A DNA stretch of 34,111 nucleotides. It comes from Chrysochromulina tobinii (taxonomy: Eukaryota). Every line of letters starts with the position of its first letter. The stretch's first letter is position 1. This document shows positions 21,358-30,369 of this stretch, one piece after another. The translations under genes and the position numbers were made by a program. The DNA lies in assembly GCA_001275005.1 (NCBI GenBank), contig JWZX01003124.1, positions 1 to 34,111 on the forward strand, given 5' to 3'. The notes under the pieces are model-generated. The model saw only the letters and a program-made list of their open reading frames with translations. It was not told the DNA's origin and made no database searches.

Positions 21358-22738
21358 TCAACGTATACTTCGGTCTTCGCGGATACGATCTTTCTTCTTC
21401 GTGTGTGCGTACGTTGTTATCGTGGGTACATCGATGTACGTTGTGTTAGCTCGTACGTAGTAAGTCTCGATAGCAGGTCTCTGCGCGTGCGGCTCGTCGT
21501 GACGGTTCCCAGTTTGCTTCGAAACCTCCCAGACTTGAAGGCTTTTGCCTTGGCAAGCGAGTCTACACGTCTCGTTGCGCCTCATGCCAATAGCATCCTT
21601 GCGCCCTCTGCCGACAGATTCCGTGCACAGGTGCGCAGCCGCAGTTTGAATGGCCTCGCGCGGTGTGATCTCCTTTGGAACCGCAAGAGCAAGGCTGAGC
21701 ATGGTGAGCAAGGTCGACGGCAAGTGGACCTTGCGGAGACCAGGCGGCCCCCAAGCCCTGGTATGCCATCCCCCAGGCTTCCACCTCCTTGCCAGCCGTG
21801 TGGCTGCCGTGGTCACCAAGAAGTGGGCTTTGCCAGAGTGTGCCACACAGGTAGCCACGACGCAGTAGTCAAACTTATGTGGCAAGATCTCGACGACGAC
21901 TCCCCCGGGAGGCATCCATACGTGACCACCGCCGAGTCCCGAGCCGTGGTACGAGATGAGCACGTCGGTCTCCAGGAGTAGGTCCACCTGCGCGAGCGGT
22001 GGCAAGCGCTCCAAGACCACCTGCTTGAGGATCGCTCCTCGTCCTCTCGCCAAGCACTTCAAATCAACGACTACCTCCTCCACGTTCTTGATGCCTCGGA
22101 CTGTCCCTTCAGGGGTCGACTCGGCTGTGGCGTTGCGATGTACAAACACGATCTGCAACGGCCTCTGGGTGCGAGGCCGGGCATAGCGACGCGCAGCGGC
22201 GACCATATGCAATGACGGGATGTGCTCACACATGGCAGCAATCGAGCTGTTGTCCGCATGCTTGAACTCTTCAATATTGTCACGTCGCATGATCGTCATG
22301 TCAAACCGTGGATATGTCTTTACAAGCCAATTACTCGGCATGCCACTGCAACGTGTGCCAATTCGAACAGGTAGATCGAAGAGGGCAAGGTAGAAGTCCA
22401 TATATCGTCTAGTCCATGTGTTGAACATCTTGACCATGGATAAAGTGCCAGAATGCAACTGAGCTGCTGAGTGTATGCCCTCCACGAACGCAAACTCCGC
22501 CCGGAAGCGTGTCTAGGAACGAGCGTTCGCATGAACAATGATGCACCTCATCAGCTCTCGGAAGGGCTCTTGGTCTTGTACAAAGCACGCGTTTCCCATC
22601 ACAGTCGAACGTCCCACGACATCCATGGCGGATCCACAGTTGTCGTACCCCGTCATCTCCGACGCGGCAACCAAAACTGCGTTGGAATACGCACGGAGTT
22701 GAGCTAGTCTGCTCCGCAACATCGCAGATGAGAGACAT
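21358..22738 (-). pseudogene. Glycosyltransferase family 61-like gene with an N-terminal Cys-rich module, frame-disrupted near 22410-22445
   Basis: C-terminal ORF has IVFVHR, RGIKNVEEV and QVDLLLETDVLISYHGSGLGGGHVWMPPGGVVVEILP (GT61 signature). An upstream overlapping ORF in another frame carries SFGC...WIRHGCRGTFDC and FWHFIHG. Could instead be an assembly error. Confidence 0.7.
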
Positions 22739-23289
22739 CGCGAGTGCTCGCTCAAAAGGGAACGTCAGGAGCTCCAAACTTAGAAAGTTAGAAATGAGGA
22801 GCATGCAATCATGTGTTTCGCCATTTATCATGTGTAATTTTAGTCCAATGTCAAGACGACTCCGTGCGTCTCTCGTGTCAGTCTCTGAGGAGAGAACGTC
22901 TCCTCTGACTCACACAAGCCGACGACTGTTATGCATCATCGCATCCCGGCAGAATTTGCGGTATGGCTATGGGCGTATGGCGTGTAAATGGCGTGGTGCA
23001 GACAAGAGACATGGGTGTACGGTCCCGCGGTCGTCAAAGTCTAACCCCGATTATACTAAACTACCTGTTGCCTGTGAGAGCACATACCTCGTACGGCGTT
23101 TACGGCGCTCCCGGCCATAGATTGCCATTCGGACATTTAACCGCGCCGCGTGGCCGCGTGGGATGCGGATGGCGCCTGAGATGCGGCCCTATGGCTGTCC
23201 CGTGGGCGGTCAATGGACGATCAATGAACGACGCTCTCTTGGTCGCACACTCTTGGGCGCGCAAACTCTTGGGGCTTGGGTCGACGATC

Positions 23290-24468
23290 TCAGTCCATGA
23301 TTTGCACTGACGGTTCGATAGGGAGCCACTCTGGCTTGCAGCGGAGGGCCGCTGCGCGATGTGCGACCACTTCGCACGCGCGAGTGCAAGCCGGGTCAGC
23401 ATAGTACATCGAAGGCCGTGTCCCAGGCTCGAAGGACAAGGCCGGGCGCAAGTCCATGAGCTCAGTCTTGGGCACCGGCGTCCCGTGACGCACGTCGGCC
23501 AAATCCTGTGTGTGCCGAGTGAAGTGAACCATCTGCCACCCCTCAGCCCGAGCTTCGTGGACGGCGCCCGACGAGACGAATCGGCACTTGTTGGCGAGGG
23601 AACAAGGGACGCCTGCCGTAGCCGAGCGATTGAACCGACGGTTGAACTCGAAGTGTTCGGCGAAATGGAGTACTCGGCCTATTTTTAAGTACACGCCGGT
23701 GCCCGTTAAGGGGTAGAGCCACGCCGCGTCAGTGCGACGATCGTACATGTAGAAGACGTGGAGCACCTCGATACAGTCGCCCTCGGCGACGGGGGAGGAC
23801 ACGCGTCGCAACGCAGCGTCAAACGCGGGAGGCTGCACGTAATGCTGGTAGATGGAAGTCTCGTCTCGCAACTCGGTCAGATTATTGAACGTGGTGGCAT
23901 GCGTTAGCTGCTGTGCCGTCTTACCGGCATCTGGTGACGGCAAGCACGAGCACTCCTGCCGATAACGTGCGGTAGATGAGCAGCGAACCAATGCACCCCC
24001 GCAGCAGAAGAAGCCGCCGCAGCCACGCTGTGTCCACATTCGTGGTGGAAGTGCAGAGTCTGCGGCCATGGCGCTGTCGAATGTCTGGCTACGATAGCAC
24101 GGAATTCGCACCGCTCTTGTTGCCCGAGCGCGTTGCCATGCTCCGAGACTCAACCGGTTGTCCTCAGCACCAAACACGTCATGGTCCGAAATGCCATGCT
24201 CCCGCTGGTCAGGCCAAGCACGCGTTACAGGCGCGCATGATTTTGTGGTGTTGCATCCGCAATGCTGCCTTCCCCGCTCGCCCTTGCTGCCGCACGAAAC
24301 AAAACGACCAGCGCAGCAGAACACACCACGGCAGCCCTTGCCGACCCACATGACTGAGCCAGCGCTTGCACTAGCAACCATTCCAAAAGAAGAAGTGAAT
24401 GCGCACGGAGAGAGGCTCATCTGCTTCAAGAGCACAATCGGGTCACAGGGCTCGGTATTCCTGCTCAT
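23290..24468 (-). CDS. Protein with two Cys-rich DUF3011/lectin-like modules plus an uncharacterised C-terminal domain (392 aa)
   Basis: Intronless ORF containing QMSLSPC..SFG..MWVGKGCRGVFCC and MWTQRGCGGFFCC, the same module seen in the neighbouring GT61 gene. Confidence 0.72.
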   Translation of the reverse strand: MSRNTEPCDPIVLLKQMSLSPCAFTSSFGMVASASAGSVMWVGKGCRGVFCCAGRFVSCGSKGERGRQHCGCNTTKSCAPVTRAWPDQREHGISDHDVFGAEDNRLSLGAWQRARATRAVRIPCYRSQTFDSAMAADSALPPRMWTQRGCGGFFCCGGALVRCSSTARYRQECSCLPSPDAGKTAQQLTHATTFNNLTELRDETSIYQHYVQPPAFDAALRRVSSPVAEGDCIEVLHVFYMYDRRTDAAWLYPLTGTGVYLKIGRVLHFAEHFEFNRRFNRSATAGVPCSLANKCRFVSSGAVHEARAEGWQMVHFTRHTQDLADVRHGTPVPKTELMDLRPALSFEPGTRPSMYYADPACTRACEVVAHRAAALRCKPEWLPIEPSVQIMD

Positions 24469-24807
24469 GTATTGTATCTCTGACTACTGCCTTGTCATGA
24501 ACAAATGAGCACACGGCAGCAGCACCCAGCACTGTGGCCGCATGAAAACGAACACGTTTCACCTTCACAGTTCAGTTGTACTGTTGACGAACCCTCGTGT
24601 CACAAACCGCGAGGGTTGGCGGTGGGACACCGACGACAACGACAACAACCGAGGCGCAACCGAGAGGCGCACGAATGAAATGGGCCTGTTTTACCATCAG
24701 GCAAAGAATGTTGATCTGCGCGCCCCCGCGCCCGCGCCGCCGCGCCGCCGCCGCGACGCGCGAGCGCTAGCGCGCTGCACAGCTGCTCGTCTGTTCAGTT
24801 TAACCGT

Positions 24808-26059
24808 TCAGTCGGCGGGCTCCTCGTCATCGTCGAGCTCCTGCACGGAGGCCGAGGCGGCCGGCATGGGCCCGCTTGTGGTGTCGGCCTTGAGCTGCAG
24901 GTAGCGCGCCTCGTCAAACTTGAAGGAGAGGATCTGCGTGCACAACAAAGACAGTCGGCATTAAGTCGGCATAGTGGCGTTAGAATAAGCGTTAGAATAA
25001 GCGTTAGAAAGGCGTGGCTTGTGAGCGCGTCGTGCAAATGAGCGCCCGCGCGGGCGCGCGCGGTTAGATTCGGAAGGGGTTCTGCGGACGAGTGTGCTGC
25101 TGTGCTGTGCGGACGAGGGTCCGGGACGAGGGTGCGGCTTTGATGGTTCTCACCGCGCTCTTGAGCTGCATGTCGTTCATGATGGCGATCATGTCACCCT
25201 CGTGGTCGACGAAGGTGAAGCGGCGCACGAGCGGCTGTTCGGCAGGCGGCAAGCCAGGGTGGAGCGCCTTGCGCGCCTCGTCGCACAGCGCGTCAAATGA
25301 GAGCGATCGATCGAGCAGGCACTTCTCGCCACTCTCGAGCTTCAGCTTGAATGCGATCAGGTTGGAGTCCTCAGCCAGCGCTGCGGCGCCAGCGGCACCA
25401 CGGTAGACACGAGGGTACTTGGCCACTGGCTGGCTCGCGGGCGGACGGAGCTGGCTAGAGGGTGGACGGCCACGTCTCTTGGTGCCGTCGCCCGGCTTGG
25501 CTTGGCTTGGCTTGGCCGCCTTGGCGGTCGCAACAGCCTGCGCTGCCTTGCTCAGCTGGCGCTCATTGTAGATTGGCGGTGGCGCAGCGCTGCCGGTGCC
25601 GCGGCGGCTTCTCGGCTCGTCACCACCCTCGCCCTCGGCCGCCGCCTCGCCATCGTCGCCCGCCGCCGTCACCGCAGCCGCCTCATCGCCCTCTCCTTCG
25701 TCCTCCTCCTCGCCGTCGGAATCGAGCGGCGGGACCGTGTAGCCTTTCTTCGTGATGATGCGAATGACCACTGCGTGGTCATTGTTGATGGGCCAGACTT
25801 GGCCTCGGGAGTTCTTGAAGCCCTCTTCGTTGAGCTTGTTGCGGATGCCGCTCAGGCTCAGCCCCTCGCGGCAGAGCTCGTGCACGCGCTCCACAGTCTC
25901 GGGCGGCTGGCGACAGCCCTTGGCGCCCGCTTGCGAGCTGGCCTGCGCCGCCACTTGCGAGCTGGCGCCAAGGGGCGCGAGGGGGCATCGCGCCGCCGCC
26001 GCCGTCGAGTTCGGGGGAAGTCGCTCGAAGTCGTCGTCGCTGATGGGGGACGGAGGCAT
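24808..26059 (-). CDS. Protein with a recombinase-like DNA-binding domain, AT-hook and C-terminal PB1 domain (356 aa, 2 exons)
   Basis: Exons 26059-25115 and 24933-24808; intron GTCCGC...ACGCAG with repeated CTAAC branch-like motifs. EGLSLSGIRNKLNEEGFKNSRGQVW..VIRII; KRRGRPP; FTFVDHEGDMIAIMNDMQL (OPCA motif). Confidence 0.78.
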
Positions 26060-26291
26060 GGAGAGGGACCGCGAGGGACCCGTGTGCGGATGTGCACAAG
26101 TGCGTCACTTCGAGAGGAATTCTGTGAGAAAAAATGAAAACCACGCATGCATCGTTCAAAGAGAGTCGCAGGCCTGGTCCCCACATCTGAGGGAGGTGCG
26201 TCGGACAAGAAGTGCGTCTTTGTGCCGAATTCCCCACATCCCTTTGAGGAATTGCTCCGTGTGTACCTTCATCTCCGCGTCGGCGGCGGAG

Positions 26292-27878
26292 ATGTCGGCG
26301 CGCTTCGTATTGTCTGCACTCCTACTGTCGGGAGTGCGCGTCCACGCGCTGTCAACCGGTTCCGCTACCTCTGCTGCTCGACCGACCCTTGCGCCGCGCT
26401 GCCGTCGGAGCGTCGCGGTCGCCAGCCCGCCACGGAGTGCTCTCGCCCAGCACAGCGAGGACGACAGCGAGGACGACAGCGAGCCGCTCCCTGCTGACAT
26501 CGCAGTTGCGCTGCCGCGGCCATCGTCGCTGCTGCGCGTGCTCTGGCGCTTCTCGCGACCGCATACTATGCTCGGCTCCGCGGTGTGCATTCCTGCGCTC
26601 ACGTTGTACGCGGCGCCGGCGGGAGCGGCGCTGTCGCTGCCACTGCTCCAAGGCGTGCTGTACGCCTTGCCCGCCGCGCTGCTCATGAACGTGTACATCA
26701 CCGGCCTCAACCAGCTGCTCGACATCGAGATTGACCGCATCAACAAACCCGACCTGCCGCTGGCCTCGGGCGAGCTCAGTCCGTTCGCCGGCAGCCTGCT
26801 CGTGGCTGGAGCTCTCGTCCTCTCCCTCGGCCTCGGCTGGTGGCATCCCTGGCTCTCTACGAACGCGCTGCGCATCACGCTGCTGGGCTCGGCGGTGCTT
26901 GGCACGCTCTACTCGGCGCCGCCCTTCCGTCTCAAGCGCTTTCCGCTCCTCGCTAGCGCCTGCATCATCACCGTCCGGTGCATGCATGCGCGTGTGCCAG
27001 CCAGTCCTCGGCCGATGGATCCCCTTGCATGCATGCATGCGCGTGTGCCAGCCAGTCCTCGGCCGATGGATCCCCTTGCACGCGCCCTCCCGGCTCGCAC
27101 TCACACTCGCCCCCACGCCCCATGCCGCCCGCAGCGGTGCGCTGGTCAATTGGGGCTTCTGCGCACACGCGATCTCCGTCGCCGCGGCCGCGGCAGGCTC
27201 GCTGCCGTCGGCGGCGCTCGGCTGGTCGTCGCTGCCGCTTCGCTGCTGGGCGCCCGTTGGCTTCTTCAGCCTCTTCGGCCTCGTGATCGCGTTGTTGAAA
27301 GACGTGCCCGACATCAAGGGCGACCGACAGTTTGGAATCCGCTCCTTCTCGGTGCGAGCGCGCCACTGGTTGCCATGGATTGCCGCTGATTGCCGCTGAG
27401 TGGATCTGATGGCCTCCTTCATCAGAGATGGATTGCCGCTGATTGCCGCTGAGTGGATCTGATGGCCTCCTTCATCAGAGATGGATTGCCGGTGAGTGCT
27501 ACCGAGTGCTGCCGAGTGCCACTGATTGCCACTGATTGCCATTCGATGACCACTGAGGGCCACTGATGGCCACTCGATGACCTCCCTCATCAGGTGCGCA
27601 TCGGGGCCGCGGCGGTTCTGCGGCTGGGACTCAATCTGCTCACGACGACGCTCGCGCTAACCGGAGTGGCTCTCGGCGCGGCCGCGACGCTCGCGCCCAC
27701 CGCGGCGCTCGCCGTGCGTCGCCTCGCCGTCAGCCTCGCCTGCGCCGCCTCCGTCGTCGCCATCCGCCGGCGTGCCGCGAGCGTGTCGCCCGATGACCCC
27801 CCAGCCGTCTACGCCCTGTACATGGAGCTCTGGAAGTACTTTTATGGCGCGTACCTGTGCCTGCCGTTCGCCCGTTGA
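26292..27878 (+). CDS. HPT: Homogentisate prenyltransferase, probably phytyltransferase (HPT/VTE2-like, UbiA superfamily), plastid-targeted (395 aa, 3 exons)
   Basis: Exons 26292-26977, 27135-27351, 27594-27878. WRFSRPHT, GLNQLLDIEIDRINKPDLPLASGE, PPFRLKRFP, spliced TVR|GALVNWG, KDVPDIKGD, YMELWKYFY; signal peptide followed by an S/R/A-rich transit peptide. HPT versus HST is not certain. Confidence 0.9.
26979..27080 (+). repeat. Perfect 51-nt tandem duplication in HPT intron 1
   Basis: tgcatgcatgcgcgtgtgccagccagtcctcggccgatggatccccttgca at 26979 and 27030. Confidence 0.92.
27352..27593 (+). repeat. HPT intron 2: decamer repeats (TGATTGCCRC-type) with an internal 53-nt duplication, ending CCTCCCTCATCAG
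   Basis: 53-nt units start at 27375 and 27428, with a partial third at 27481. Confidence 0.9.
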
Positions 27879-28747
27879 GGCCGGCCCATCGGCATGACCG
27901 GAATTCCATATTAGGACGATGGGCGGGCTCCCATATTAGGACGCGGGATCGGACTGGTGCGGCCAACGGCCACGTCACCGAGCCAATGCCCATCTTCCAA
28001 ATATGGGAGCCACGAGCGGGCGACGCCCCGACGAAGACACCGGGTACAAGGCGGTGCCAAACCTCCTGCGCACGGCATGTGGGAACACTCTGTCCATTTG
28101 CGAGTGCTCCTCAACGTCCTGCGCAAGCCAGCGCTCTTAGTGCGCCGGCCGGCGCGCGGCCGCGGGGCGCGCCGCGCGCGCCGGCGCGCCGTGACGAGAC
28201 GCGCCGCGGGCGGGACGCGCGACGGACGAGTGGAGGCAGGTTCTATTACGTTTCTTATCCGGTTCTCAATCATCATCTTCTCAATACTTAAATCGATATT
28301 TATGCGGACGCTAAACCGGCGCGCACGGAGGGCCGCGGTTCGCGGTGCGGAATGGCGGCTGCCTCCGGCTACCGACATACGAGTCTCGCCGCGCTCCCCG
28401 CGTCCTCGTATATTCACCTCGAGGCACGAGGGCTGCCCGCCGCGACGCGCATGCGCCACATCATTCGCCGGCGGCGTAGTAGCCAGGTAGCCTCCTCCGT
28501 CCACCATGCTCCACACCATGCCAAATGGAGCCGACGGCACACACTTCTCAGCGGTGTTTGCATGCTGTTCTGTCTCTGTGTCCTGGAGTCTCTGTGTCCT
28601 CGAGTCTTTGCTGCTGCTGCTGTGTTCGTCAATCGAGGGACGCGCCCAGCCCTAATATGGCAAGGGACGGGTCGGGGGGGGGGGCTCTTCTCGAGCCTAT
28701 GGAGCAGACACCCGCCGTGAAGGGAGCTGCCCCGCGCCTTCCCGCCC

Positions 28748-30157
28748 TCAGGCGGTCTCAATGGCGCGTGCGTCGAGGGACGCGAGGGCGACGGCGGCGA
28801 GGGCGGCGGTTTCGGGCGGCAGCGCGGACGTGGCGGCGCCCAAGGCGGCGCCCAAGGCGGCGCCCAAGGCCGAGCCGGGGCGCGCCAACGAGGAGAACGC
28901 CAGCTCGCTACCGGCCATAGCCGTGCCCGCCGCCGAGGCGCCGTGCTGGGCGCCGTTGGCTGTGTGCTGGTGGAGGCGCGCTAGGATGTGCCAGCGGTTC
29001 TTGATGTCGTTCTCGGGGCGGTCGGGCAGGTACAAGCTCGAGATCTTTGCCCACTTGGTACCGTGCTGCTGCACCATCTCAAGGATCCTCAGATCCTCCG
29101 CATCCGTCCACGGGCCCTTGTTGCACTGAGGGCGCAGGTGGTTACGCCAGCGCTCGCGGCACTGCTTATTGTTGCGCTCGTGGGGCATGCGGCTCGCCAC
29201 GAGCGCCCACGCCTGCTCGCCGTGCTCCGCCACCAGCCGTCGTAAGCACTCGTCCTCCTGGACTGTCCATAGCACGTGCGTGTTCGTGCGCCCCATCCTT
29301 GGCTGCGCCTTGCCCATGACGGTCGTCCGATACGGATGCAATGAGAGCGTGACGGCGGCGTACGGGAGTGCGTCGGCGCGCGGCGAGGGCGCCGACGACG
29401 CCTCGTGGCTCTTGAGTCGCTTCGCCGCCGGCGGCGCGTCGAGCAGCGCGTTGTAGGAGGGACCGGCGGCAAAGTGGTGGGGGTGGTGACGCTCGCTCGT
29501 GGGCGTGGCGGTGCGGTGCTGCTGCGGCGTGGGCAGAGCGCGTGCGTCCGAGTGCTGCTTAGCCGAGCCGTCCGAGAGCGCGTGCTGCGGCAGGTAGAAG
29601 CCCTGCGAGTGCCCCAACCCCGACGGTAGGCGCGAGGTGTGCCTTGCGTGCGAGGGGGAGAGCGCGTCGAGCTCCTCGGCGGCCGAGATGAGCTCCGAGC
29701 TGGGCGAGGCCGGGCCGTAGGGTGGCGGCGGCGAGGTGCCCGGTGGGTGCGGGCCGTGCGGCGCCACGCACGCGGCGGCCGCGCGCAGGTGCTCGATCGC
29801 CGCCGCCTGCGAGGCGACAAGCTCGCGGAGGGCCGCAATCTCCTTTTGCTGCCGTGCGATGATCTGGCCCTGCTCGACGTCGGTGGGCGGCGCGTGATGC
29901 AAGCTCTCGACGACGGCGCTCGCAACCACAAGCCCCTCGTCGTCGTCCGATTCGTCCGCGTCGAGCTCCTCCTCGTCCTTGCCATGCACCGCGCCAACCC
30001 TCGAGGTCGGCGCGCTCGCGGCCGCGGCGAGCAGGCCGAGCCCCGCCGAGGGCATGCTCTCGTCGGTGGGCGTCACCATCTCGGACTCGCCCGACGACGT
30101 CATGGAGTCCTGCTCGCTCATCGAGAGCGGTTCGAGCGGGGCGTGCGATAAGACCAT
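28748..30157 (-). CDS. R2R3-MYB transcription factor (469 aa)
   Basis: WTVQEDECLRRLVAEHG..W..VASRM..RNNKQCRERWRNHLRP..KGPWTDAED..HGTKWAKIS..RPENDIKNRW. Confidence 0.93.
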   Translation of the reverse strand: MVLSHAPLEPLSMSEQDSMTSSGESEMVTPTDESMPSAGLGLLAAAASAPTSRVGAVHGKDEEELDADESDDDEGLVVASAVVESLHHAPPTDVEQGQIIARQQKEIAALRELVASQAAAIEHLRAAAACVAPHGPHPPGTSPPPPYGPASPSSELISAAEELDALSPSHARHTSRLPSGLGHSQGFYLPQHALSDGSAKQHSDARALPTPQQHRTATPTSERHHPHHFAAGPSYNALLDAPPAAKRLKSHEASSAPSPRADALPYAAVTLSLHPYRTTVMGKAQPRMGRTNTHVLWTVQEDECLRRLVAEHGEQAWALVASRMPHERNNKQCRERWRNHLRPQCNKGPWTDAEDLRILEMVQQHGTKWAKISSLYLPDRPENDIKNRWHILARLHQHTANGAQHGASAAGTAMAGSELAFSSLARPGSALGAALGAALGAATSALPPETAALAAVALASLDARAIETA

Positions 30158-30369
30158 GCGCCAACAGGTGAGAGTTGTACCTGACCCACCTCTCGCCAGT
30201 CACGGTGAGACGACGGCAATGCCTGTTTAGGGGCCGTTGCGCTCTCGAGGATCCGAAAATTCAAGGATGATGCGCACGATTTTTTCGCGAAGACCCTTTC
30301 GAACGTGTCTGTGAATTTTGGGGCGCGATTTCCGCGCCTTTCGCTCGAGGTTCCTCTCTTGGGCGCGCG

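Noticed and set aside
25740..25910. Active serine integrase / integrated element
   Set aside because: No resolvase catalytic domain (YxRxS), zinc ribbon or att-like boundaries; the gene has a host-type intron.
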